Of a stretch of DNA of 64,000 bases, positions 30,415 to 42,200 are shown piece after piece (within the stretch, counting starts at the first letter, position 1; every line of letters begins with the position of its first letter). This stretch comes from an uncultured Verrucomicrobiae bacterium. GTDB taxonomy: Bacteria; Verrucomicrobiota; Verrucomicrobiia; Chthoniobacterales; Chthoniobacteraceae. Both the position numbers and the translations under genes were made by a program. The DNA lies in NCBI GenBank assembly GCA_963828525.1, contig CAWHEP010000014.1:224001-288000 (forward strand), read 5' to 3'. A model generated the notes under the pieces. The model saw only the letters and a program-made list of their open reading frames with translations. It was not told the origin of the DNA and ran no database searches.

Positions 30415-32270
30415 TACGCGCTCTCAGCTCCGAGCATCGCCGGGATTAAGCCTCAGTGTCTGCTGAAACTCAGCGATTGCCGCGCCGGTCTTATGTTGGG
30501 AATCCAGCGCGTTCCCGAGATTGAAATGCAGATCGGCATCATCCGGTTTCAGCTCCAAAGCTTTCCGGAAATGGGAGATCGCGTCATCCAACTGTCCCGC
30601 TTGGGCCAGCGCGATCCCCAGAAAATTATGGGCGTCCGTGTAATCGGGTTTTAGACGCGCCGCTTCGGCATATTCCGGGAATAGCCTCCTTCGTGTTCCC
30701 TTTGCCGCTCAGCGCCAGCGCCTTGAAAAAGTGCGCGGTTGGGAATAAAGGCTTTTGCGCGAGACCCGCGTCAATCTGCTCGAGGGCTTCATCAAAAAGA
30801 CCTTTTTGGACGAGCGCCGCGCCCAGGTTGAAACGGGCCTCCGCCCGCCCTCCAGAAAGCTCCACCGCCCTGCGAAACTGCGTGATCGCCTCATCCACCC
30901 GGCCCGCTGTGACCATCGCCACTCCAATGTGAACACGTCCCTGCCAGTTATCCTCCGTGACCGCGAGGGAATGGCGAAACAGGGTCTCGCCATCCTTCCA
31001 GACAGGGATTTGCCATTGTGTGATCACGATCAAAGGAATCGCCACCACGCAAGTCGACCGAGACCGCCGTGGAAGGTCTCACCCAGCGATGAACCAGGTC
31101 CCAGCCTCCCCACACAACAGCTATCAGGATTCCTATGGATGGCAGGTAAGTATACCGGTCGGCCATCGATTGCGAGCCGACCTGGATCAAACCGATCACA
31201 GGCGCAAGCGTGCCAACAAACCAGAACCAACCCGTAAAAACGGCGCGGTCACGATGGAGACAAGCGACCGTCGAAATTCCCACCAGCAGCGTCGCGGCCG
31301 CGATCACCTCCCAAAGCGGCCAGCCACCCGGGTGAGGGTAAAGAACGGCTAAGTTCGAGGGGTAAAACAGCTTCCCCAGATATCGACAGTAAGCAACGAG
31401 AGCATTCTCGACTCGCCAGGTGAAAGGAAGGCTGGCATCGAGTTCCATCGCTCCGCCGCCGCGTTGCGCAAAGACAGTTACAACACTCGCCGCCCCCGCC
31501 AGCAAAAAGAACGGAATCTTCTCAATCACAACCTGCAGGGCCGGCTCCCCGGATCCGCCTCCCCCCTGTAGGGTCCTGCCATGCGGGATGTCAAACGCCG
31601 CTCCCCCAATCCGTCCCAGCGGCCAATAATCCAGCAACAACAACACAAACGGCAGCGTAACAATCATCGGCTTGCTCATCAGCCCCAGTATGAACAACCC
31701 CAGCGCGAGCCAATAGCGCCACATCTTCCGCCCGCCGTTCGCCCCCGTATTCGTAACCCATGCGGCATACGCGTAGATCGTCAGCATCCAGAACAACGCG
31801 CTCAGCGCGTCCTTGCGTTCGGCGACCCAGGCCACCGATTCCACCCTTAGTGGATGAACCGCAAAAAACATCGCGACAAGGAAGCTCCGCCACAAGGCGC
31901 CCGTCATCTTCCGCAGAAGCAGGAACAGCAAGGCCGCGTTCGTCGAGTGGATTAGAACGCTTGTGAGATGATGTCCCCAAGGACGGATCAATCCATACAC
32001 CTGGCAATCCATCATATGAGAGAGCCACGTCAGCGGGTGCCAGTTCGCCCCGTGAAAGCTGGTGAAGGCCCACCAGACCCCCGCCCATGTCACCCCCAGC
32101 CGGACATGAGGATTGTCGGTGACGTAAACCGGGTCGTCATAACTGACGAACCCATTGTTAAGTGCCGGAAGAAAACAGAGGAGAGCGAGGAAGAAAAGAG
32201 AAAGCGCGAAGAGGCAATCCTTTGTGATCCCGCCTTGCGGGACCGGGGTAGATTCCCCGGGCGCTCTCAC
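30411..32270 (-). CDS. TMTC-like membrane glycosyltransferase with TPR repeats, paralog 3 (frameshifted)
   Basis: FVSYDD, NWHPLTWLSH, HPLRVESVAWVAERKD, ADRYTY; TPRs continue in shifted frames to about 30411-30424. Confidence 0.8.
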
Positions 32271-33139
32271 TTCTTTGGCTGCAATTCCTCAGCAAGCTTC
32301 CTTCCCTTCTCCATCTGCTCGTCGGTGATCTGAGTCTTATACTCTTTCAGAAGATGATCTGCCATCACCGTTCCTTTTCTGGAACTCAGCGTTAACCATG
32401 CGCTCGCTTTCACGAAATCTTTCTCAACACCTTCTCCCCGCAAATAAAATCTTCCCAGATGGCATTGCGCCTGCGCGTCTCCCTGCCTGGCCGCTTTTTC
32501 GAACCAGTCCGCTGACTTTAAGAGATCCGCCTTCACGCCAAACGCGTGCCAGTAAATGAGTCCAAGGTTTCTCTGGGCGGACACGCTCCCCTGGTTGCCT
32601 GCCTTCTCATACCATTCAACCGCCTTGGTCGGATCCTTCGTGACCCCTTGGTCGCCGAAATAGTAAGTCTCCGCCACTTTTTCAGTGGACTCGGCCAGCC
32701 CTTGTTCCGAGGCCTTTTTGAACCACTCCAACGCCTGCGGCACGTCTTTTGGAATCCCGTTTCCGGCGTAGAGCAGCCGCGCTAGATTTTGCTGGCCAAA
32801 ACTGGAGCCTTGCTCCGCCGCCTTCCGATACCATCTGGCAGCCTCCGCTTCATCGCGCGTGACCCCTTTGCCATTCGCGAATGCCGATCCCAAATTGTTC
32901 TGCGCCTTCGCGTTTCCTTGCTCCGCCGCCTTCCGGAACAGCGCGACCGCCTTGACGTCATCCTGCGGCACTCCCTCCCCATGCGCGTAGTGGCGTCCAA
33001 GTTCAAACTCCGCGCCCGCGTCCCCCTTGTCAGCTGCGGCCTGAAGCGCCTTCATATCCGGAGCCTCCCCATGAACAGGGATACACGAAAAACCAAGCGT
33101 CAGGCAAACGGCGGAACAGAGGAGGGATCGCATTGCCAT
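32267..33139 (-). CDS. Sel1-like repeat secreted protein
   Basis: Repeated AQ.NLG..Y..G.GV..D...A..WY.KAAEQG units. Confidence 0.92.
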   Translation of the reverse strand: MAMRSLLCSAVCLTLGFSCIPVHGEAPDMKALQAAADKGDAGAEFELGRHYAHGEGVPQDDVKAVALFRKAAEQGNAKAQNNLGSAFANGKGVTRDEAEAARWYRKAAEQGSSFGQQNLARLLYAGNGIPKDVPQALEWFKKASEQGLAESTEKVAETYYFGDQGVTKDPTKAVEWYEKAGNQGSVSAQRNLGLIYWHAFGVKADLLKSADWFEKAARQGDAQAQCHLGRFYLRGEGVEKDFVKASAWLTLSSRKGTVMADHLLKEYKTQITDEQMEKGRKLAEELQPKK

Positions 33140-33222
33140 GTCTGTACGATGAGCGCCAAAAACGCTCAAGTTACAATTTGGAAACAGATTCCCCGTTTCC
33201 GTGCCTCGAAACTCGCCCCGCT

Positions 33223-36200
33223 CTACCCTCCGGCGCTGTCCCCGCCTCCGTATCCTAGAACCTCTACTGTAATAATCGATGGGAGATCCTGCGCGCCGGT
33301 CTGCTGCCCGCCGTTGGTCTGTTTGGCGGCGTCGCTGGCCGCGTTCTGTTGCGCCCCCGCCGCGCTGGATGCGGCGGTTAGGCCCGCCAGGTTCGGAGCC
33401 GCCACAGCGGTGACAGGCACCCCGACGGATGCCCCGCCCGCCTGGATGTTGCTTGCGTTGAGGACATGCAAGGCGGCGATATTCAAATTGCCGCTGGAGC
33501 GGATGCCGGCGTCTCCCGCGTCCACGGTGCCGGTCGGAGCGATCAGATCGACATCACCAGGAGGCACCCCAGTGGTGGATTCGAGCACGCCGATTCCGCC
33601 ACCCGTCGCGAGGCCCGCCAGGTTCGTCTGGATGTCTCCGCTCTGCGGATCGACCAGCACTTCCGTGGGAGGCGCGGATTGCACCGTCTTGGAAGACGCT
33701 CCCGCCGCAATGTTCCCGAGACTCGAATAGATCACCTCACTGCCGCCGCGCAGCGTGAATATCCGGAGGTCTCCGACCGTAACGTTCTTCCGGGTGAATA
33801 TATTGATGTTCCCGCCAGCCTGCGTGAAGATTCCCTGGTTTGGCGGATCCTGGAAAGGCGCGGTCCCAAAGTCGAGGTCGAGTTCTCCTCCGGGGGCGGC
33901 GATATTCACGTCACCGCCGTTGATCGTCTTGATCTCGCGGGCATCCAGCGTGATGTCGCCTGTGCCAGGGGTTGGGAACAAATCAGCGATGGCTCGCATG
34001 CTCGCGTTGTAGTTATTGAAGCCCGGGCTCGTCGAAATCGAGTGGTCTCGTCCAGCGTCCCTGAGTGCCAGGTAAAAGATAGCCAGCGCGTCCCCGTTTT
34101 GCTCGCCGGGGGACAACTTCAAAAAGTCGGCATAGATTGCCGCGTCCGATTGCCCGGAAACACCCAGCAGGGTGGCCAGATCGGGAAGGTAGCGCGCCGC
34201 TTCGGTGCCGCCCGTCGGGGGATTGAGAAAGTCTTTTATGAACGAAGCATAGTTTACCGGGCCGGTCCCCGCCGCGACGATCATCCCGGCCCCTGTAAAT
34301 GGAAGGGCGGGGTTCAGCGTATTGCCAATCGTGGTGATTCCAACATGCGTCCCGTCGGAACTCGCCGCTCCGCTTGTCCCGAGATCAAGGTTGCGCGCGG
34401 CGATCACATCCAGTGTGCCCGGCCCGCCGAGCTGTATGTCCCCAGACTCTGGACTCTGTGACTCCGTCTGGAGGATATTGCTCCCGACCTGCGCCGCCTG
34501 GCGCAGCACCGAATTGGCGTCAAACACCTTTAGATCCCGCCCAGCGGAGATAACAGTTATATCGGTCGCCTGGTTATTCTGAAGATAGAGTCCCACATCG
34601 GTGATGTCCGATCCTGCCATGATCCGCGCGGCTTTTGCCGAGAAAAAGCTGAGTCCCGAGATGTTCCCCGCTCCCGCGTACAGATGGATCAGCGAGCTAT
34701 CGCCCGCGTGAAGCAACGCGGAATCATGCAAGGCTTCCTTTGTTTGCAGCACGGCCTGCTGCCCGCTTGTCGCGCCGGAGACGGCGAAAAAGGCGTTGAT
34801 GAATTGCAGGAAGTTCGATGTGGAGTTCGCGAACTGCGTGGTGCCCGGTTTGAAGAGCGATTGATACGCGAACGGAAGCGTGATCTCGGGGACAGACGCG
34901 GGATTGGCATCGGAAACGTTGATAGATCCCGCGAGCCACGTGGTGGATGTCAGCCCGTTCACCGTGGTAACACCGGCCGGCTGGAGCGCGTTGATTGCCC
35001 CTTTCGCAAGCAGGTTCAGATTTCCGCGCGGCCCCGGAGTCAGCGTCAGGTTCCCCACGAGGTTGATGTCGCTGGAGAAGGCGGTCACGTCCATCGTCGC
35101 GGGAGAGAGCGCCGACACCGTGCTGAACGTGTTCACGTTCGTCTCGACCGTCCTCAACCACGGTTGGTAGAAGGAAGCAGTGGAGCCTCCAGGCCCCAGA
35201 ACAAACTGGCTTTGCAGCCACGCTTCCACCATCGGGTAACTGCCCGGAATGTCGCTCACTTCGTTTTCAGCAAGCGTCACCGCGCCGGTGAGCGCGCTTA
35301 CGGCCACCTTATCCGCTGGCGAGTAAGTTGAGAAATACGTCTTGTCCCAGATCGAGTTGCCGATCCCCTGTGGCAGAAGGAAAGGATTGGCAACCGGGCC
35401 GAAACGGACACTGCCGCCAGCGCTCACATCGAAACTGCCTTTGCCCAGAAAGAGAGTGGTCGGCAGCCACGTCTCCGGGGCGAGGGGAGCCTCTTCCTTG
35501 ATATTCGTCAATGAAGGCGACCGCGTGCCGTTCGTGAGAATATTGCGAGTGGCGCTTAACACTCCCGCTCCTCGCTCGACATAGTAAACGCCACCGTTGA
35601 TGTCTCTCCCGGCGCGAACAGTGAGGTCGCCACCGCCGAGTTCGACGAGCGCGCTCGGCGTTTGGCGCGCCCTTCGGCATCCGGGCATTGGTCGCCGCTA
35701 TAGCGTCCACATTCATCACGTCGTTGCCAGCGGAAAGACTCACATTACCGCCTCCAAGCGTCCCGACTCCTTCAAAAAAGTTGCTGAAGTCCACCCACCA
35801 TGTCGTGGAGGCGATATCCCCCCACTTTGTGGCGCCAAACTGGCCGTTCGCCGCGACAAACCCGCGTCGGTAGAGCCAGCTATCCGGTAGTTGACGCTCG
35901 GAATCCTGAACGAAGATCCCCCTGTCATTTACCCCCTCGTGCTCGATATTCCCGTGCGCCACCAGCGCCACGTCTCCCCCGCCGGAGCTGTATTGCGCGG
36001 GGTAAAGCGGGTTGCCCCGGGGATCGTTGACAATGGGCACATCGAAGCTCCCGCCGTTGGTCGCGTCTGCTACCCTTGCCCCCGCCGTGTAGATTGTTGC
36101 GAACGGGTTAAGCAAAACGAGATCGCCTCCCGAGTTCACATTCACCGAGCCAACGCCCGTCCGGATCACCTGGTAGTGTCCCGCGATCGCCGTGGCGACG

Positions 36201-39200
36201 GTGGCTCTCGTCCCGAACGGATTGGAGATATTCCCTCCGGGCACTCCCAGGAAGATCGAACCCGCGTTTGGATCCAACGAGGTGGAACCCTGCGTCGGCA
36301 AGATGCGTTGACGATCCGCCGCCCCGAAATCCGCGCCCGACGTGATCTGGTAGGACCATGAGCGTTGCGCGGTTCCATCGGCAAACCGGGGAAGCAGCGT
36401 CTCCAGATAGAACGCCGTGTTCTGCTCTACATCCAGAGGAACGTCGCCCGCGCTGTCGCCGAATCCATCATTCAGGAGACCGTTGAAAAAGATCGACCCC
36501 GCGGCGCGCAGGGTGAGGATTCCCGGCTCGCTGCCAATCGCAAAATTCGCGTTTGGATTGCTCGCGTCCGGCGTGAGTTGTTTCGACGCGCCGAACCGGT
36601 AGGTGGATAAATCCCAGTCGCTGGCAAGTGTAAGGCTGCCCGTGGCGTTGATGATTTCCGCTCCCGGTTCGATGTGTGAGATTGAAGCCAGCGCCGCGCC
36701 ATCTCCATTCCCCGCGAAAAGGCGGGTCGAAATCGCGCCGACGTTTGCCGCGGATGCAAACGTCTGCCCGTTCGCCATAACGTTTGCCTCTTGGTTGTCG
36801 ATTGAACCGTCGGCGGAGGCGTCGAAAATCTGGTAGCCCTCGACCACGATGCTGGACGCGTTCACGATTGCGCCGTTGATGGGGGCCACCGCGAGATCAC
36901 TCGAAGATGCATTTTGCGGCGCGCGCAAATGCAGGGTTCCGCCAGCGCTTCCCGCAACCGACAGATCGACGCGCGATCCAGATTGGATATCGACCTGGCC
37001 GCTGCCAGCGACCCCGTTCGCTTCTGACCCAGCTTCCAGGGACACGCGCCCGCCTTCATCCGCGCTGTTGAATCCCTTTCCGGCCGCCGTTAAAACGGAG
37101 CCGGTAGCAAGAACCACATCCTTGCTCGCTGCGAGGTCGATGGAACCACCCGTCGCGCCGGAGGCATCGATGATGCCATTCACCGTGATGGATCCGGCGT
37201 CCGCCGACAGATCAAACGTTTTTGCCGTCGCCACGCCATCCACCGACACGTCCCCGCTCCTGTACTCGGATGGAGCGCGATAGCGTGAATCCGTCGGCAT
37301 TGAGTTTTTGATCCAGCGCCCCGAGGCTGGCCAGCGTTCCCACATCGAGCGTGAAGGAACCATTCTGGCCTCCCGCCCCGGCAATGCCCGAAAGCCTTCC
37401 CGCAAGCCCGAGAACGCCACCTGGCGCGGAGATGGAAACACTTCCCGCGTTTCCGCCTCCCACTGGCCCGCTTACGTTCAGGAGCGCTCCAGCCGCCACG
37501 TTCACGCTTCCCGCGTCAGCTACAAGATTGATCTGGCCACCGCTCGTAAACTTCAAAACATCGAAGACTTCAGAGGTCAAGCCGTTCACATTCACGCCTC
37601 CTCCCACCGTGACATTCCCGGTGAGCGCGCGCAGGGAAACGATTCCGCTTGGAAGATCGATGTTTCCGTCATCGATGACGCTCGAACCCGCGAAACTGAG
37701 ACTTGCTCCCAGTCCGCCGGCGATCTGAGCCGCGTTGCGTTTGGATGCCTGGATGTTAACCCCGCCTCCCGCCGTGAAACCGTAATTGGCGGCCGATGCG
37801 CCGGTAATGTCCGCGCTTGAAAGGCTAAGATTGCCCTGCGCAGCCAAAGCGCCCGAACTCTGCGCGAGGATTGCCCCGGTTGCGGCAAGCCGCAGACTCC
37901 CGTACTGATCCACGCTTACCGGATTGGCTCCGAGCCGGATAGTGTTCGCGTCAAACACAAGCGCCCCTTGCGGATCAAACGTCGTAGAGCCGGGTGTGCT
38001 CCCGGAAGCGCTATTGTCCAACAGGATGCTCCGCGCGGCAAAAGTCACCGCGCCCGCGCCTGTATTGAATCCCCGAATCTCCGCCGTATGCAGCGCGAGG
38101 CTGCCGACGGAAGCGAGTGAGCCGACGTTCCCGGTCCCGTAGATATCGATGGAACTGTAGCTCAACAGGGAGAGAGCCTGCGCCGAGGTCTCCAGGCTCT
38201 TTAAAGCCGCTCCCGAAAGGATGAGGCCCGAGGTGGGTTTGCCGGATTCCAGGACGAGGGCTCCCGGATTGTTTAATTGTAGGCTGATCTGGCCGCTGTC
38301 CAGATTCACCGCTGAGCCTTTCAAGATTGCCCGCGAGCTCAGGTTGGTCGCATGGGTGGAGTCCAGCGTCACGCTGGCGCCTGAGATCAGCGCGCCTGCC
38401 GCCACCGTCATCGTCGGGACAGTGGAGGTGTCCACCCCGGTTCGGGCGATTCGCGCGGAAGGATCACTCCCGACACGGAGCAAAACGCCATCGCCGCTTC
38501 CCGCGATCTTGGAATCGCCAATCAGAAGAGTCTCCGCTGGAGAAGAAGCAGCGCCGGAACCTTCGACTTCCGACCCTGCGTCCACCACCAGACTCTTCTT
38601 GGCGACGAGGATCACGTCCTCTCCGGAAAGAGGCGATCCCGCGTTATCCACAGTGATACTATTCGTCGTGACAGAAACCTCCGTTCCGTTGGAGCCAATC
38701 GTCCGCAGCCCGCCAATCAGGAGGCTCGCGGCGTTGAAACTGCTGAGTTCCGTGGCATTCAGCACCAGTTCGTTTGCGCGACCCGGGATGTTTGCTGACG
38801 CGATGAGGATGTCGTTGGGGCTGCTGATGTCCACCAGCCCTCCCAGACCACCAGCGGGAGCTTGGGAAAGAACCGTTCCCTGGATCGCCAGGCCTTTCGT
38901 CGCCTGAAACACGAGTTGGCCAGCGTCGATCGGAAGGCGGGGCACATTGATATTGTTCTGAACAGCCTTCGAAGCAAGGAAGGCATTGGCGAAGGTGTTA
39001 TCGTATTCCGCCCTCGAGCGGACGACAGATTGCGGGTCAACCTCAAACAGCGATTGCACCGGCCCTTTTGGATTGAAAGCGTTGAATGAGTAGCCGGAAA
39101 CGACGCTCGATCCGTTCGGATTCTGTATGCTCTGCACAGGGGTGCCGCTAACAGGCGTCACCAGGAACGCCCCGGGCAGCAAAGCGTAGCGGGCGGGAAG

Positions 39201-42200
39201 AAGCGTGTACGCGCCAGCGGGAAGGCCGTTGCTAGCCTGAAGGAATACCTGTGTTCCGGGAACGAGTTTACTGTTGAAGTACCCCGCGTCCGAGCCGAAG
39301 ACGGAGGCTGTCGAGTTATACTGTCCGAACGGGGCGAACTGGCTCTGAAATCCTGGGATGATCGCGTAGCTCGACGTCGAGTTCAGAATGTCCTTCGTGC
39401 CGCCCAGGCCGCTCACGAACCGGTATGCAAAGAGATCCCCGCCTCCGGCTATGTCGATCACGGAACCCGCCTGCGCGTTGACGGAGACCGCGGAAAGATT
39501 CACCGTCTTTGCAGGCACGCCGTTTGTGAATATGTCCGTGCCCGTCGGATCAATGAACTGCACGCCATTTAGGTTGATGCCGTAGGGAAAGGTGAGAGCC
39601 TTGCCGGTCACCGGATCCACCGCCGACACAGACGTCTGACTGCCTTTCGCCAGAATCAGTTGCCGGGTAGCATCGACAGCTTGACCGGTTATGGGATCAA
39701 TGGGCGCGGTGCCGACCCCATTCCAGCCGAGGTTGATCGCGCCAATCGGAGCCCGCAGGACACCACCCTGTTCAATTACCGATCCATGGACGTCGAGCAC
39801 CCCGCCAGCCGATAGGGGCAGGCTTTGGCGTCCTGCCGCGGCGAAAGTCACCGTGCCCGGCTGGTCTTTACCCCCAGCCATGTAGTCGTAGGCGTTGATG
39901 CTGAAGATTGTCGCGGTGGGAGGGTAGATTTGACTCGCGACCATCTCAATCTGGCCCGCGATGTCCAACGTCCCGTCGCCTCGAATATCCCCGCCTTCGG
40001 CGATCAAGCTCGCTCTGCCAATCCCCTGTAGAGAGAGTGTGCCGACGTCGATGAGCTTGGCGATCACTGTCAGGCTGCCCGCGCCGTGTTGTGGCGGCAC
40101 GGACACGGTGGTCTGGTTGCCGTTCGCGTCAGGAACGATGAAAGGGCTTGTTTGCTCCTGGATGGTCTGGGGCTGGAGAAAAGCTTGCCCCAGCTTTACA
40201 TAAGGGGCTTGGAGGGTGACAGGCGCGTTTGCGAACAGCACTCCTGAGTCGGCCACCGTGATGCTCTCCGTTGTCGCGATGCTCACGGGGTTCACGAATC
40301 CGACCGTGCCCTTCAGGTTCAGCGAAGCAAAGCCGCCAGGAGCAAAGCTGCTGACAGCGATATGTCCAAACCCCGTAGCGGGTTTTCCGTTCGCCAGCAG
40401 CACGGCCCTGCCAATGGCGGTTGCTCCACCGCTCGCGGGCTGGGCCGCGATCGTCGGTCCGTTTTGCGTGACCTGTAATGTCACGTCGGTTGGCAGGAGA
40501 AACTCGCTCGTCGGATCCGCGAGGAATCGCGAGGAGGACACGGTCAGACTGCCGCCCAAAGTTTCCGGTCCGCCGGCTTTCCCAACCAGTGTTGCGTCCG
40601 AAAAGAGCTCCTGGCCGCCACGGAGGGTAATCGCGCCCGCGTTGCTTTCCACATGGGTCGGCACGAGCACCGATCCACTCGTTGAAGTATCGGTGGCGGC
40701 AGTATTTACAAGCGTCGGCGCTTCAAACAGGGTGTCGCTCGCTCCGGAGACATCCAATCTCGATCCCGCTTCCGCCACGATATTGCCAGCCACTGTAATC
40801 GTCCCTCCGGGAAGCACCTTTCCTGTGCGGAAATTCCGCGGGTCGGGAGTCAGAGCTGTCGCGCCGGCGGTCGACAGCAGGCTCTGCGAGCCCAGCTCAA
40901 CCGTTGCCAGCGGATTTACCGACGAAAGAAGATTGGCGAAACTGGGCGATCCCTGCACCGCGATTGTGCCGCCCGGGGCGATGATCGATCCAAGCTCCGC
41001 CACGGTCTGCCCCACGATGGACACTCCGTGGGTAGGATTGGTCTGAGGGTCGGTCTGGATGATTGATCCAGCGCCAACCACGATGTCGCCCCTGACCAGG
41101 AGCGTTTTCGTGAACGTATCGTTCACGCCCGGCGCGCTAAAAGAGAGATTCACCGGAGAGCGCTCGCCGGCAGGCATCGAAATAGGCGAAAGCGCAAGCC
41201 CACCCCCCTGCGTCGGCATGAAGATCGCTCCCTCGGCGATGGGACGGATGACTGTTCCGGGCGCTACAACAAGCGCGGGCAGGAACTGATTAGCCTTCGC
41301 GGGGTTGGGTGAACCGATCCCCGTCAGAGAAAAACTAGAGAACCCTCCCTCACTGAAGAATGCGGGAGACAGCGCGAGCGTGTCAGGCACGGTGGACTGT
41401 CCTCCGACTTGGATGAATGGCGCGGTGATACCTACCGACCCCCCAGCCGCCCCTGAGAATCCCAAAAGTTTTGAAGCCAGGACAAGTTGTCCGCCCGTCT
41501 TCTTGCTGAACAAGAGCGAAGCGATCTCCGGATCAGCGCCCGTCTTCACCAGGATGCTCCCCCCGTTTCCATAGATGATCTTGGAGCGCGTCCGATTGTT
41601 AGGCGTCTGCGAACCTCCCGCCGCCGTCGCTTCGAATCCGCCCGACACGTCTATGGTGCTGCCCCCGCGCAACTGCGCCCCGTACGCGCTGATCGCCACC
41701 GAGCCGCCTTGGGTAATCAGAGGCAGTGTATCGGGTGATGTCACTAGACCCCGGTCATCCACGATGAGCCCAGCGGTGCTGAGAGAGGCTCGCGAACCGA
41801 GTGTAAAGTTTCCGCGAATCGCGCTTGCCGCCGGAGTCGTGGAAGCTTGCTCCTGGCTGAGCGTCTGGAACGAAAAGGGAGAGAAATTGAACGAGGTAAA
41901 GCTGAGGCTTCCTCCGGGCGCGGTGACCGAACCTTCTACGTCGATATTTGCCGCTGACAGGTTTATGGAGCCGCCAGCCTCCGCGCTTAGGTTGGCGCCG
42001 GGAAGGACTGTGATGCTCCCGTCTCCATTGTTGATCGAGAGCGTCGAAAATCCATCCGTGCTGGCAAGGTCGGCCGAGAGGAAGACATTCGCGCGCCGGC
42101 TCGCGCTAAGCGGGGGAGCGTTCCCGAGGCTGTCAACGTGGAAAGGAGCAGCCGCGGGTTGCAGATTGCCACCGTTGCCAAACACCACCGCTGGCGGCGT

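Noticed and set aside
33223..33800. CdiA-type toxin tip with the Sel1 protein as immunity
   Set aside because: There is no VENN/pre-toxin motif or recognisable toxin domain. The tail matches the DUF3739-type pattern and the Sel1 protein has a signal peptide.
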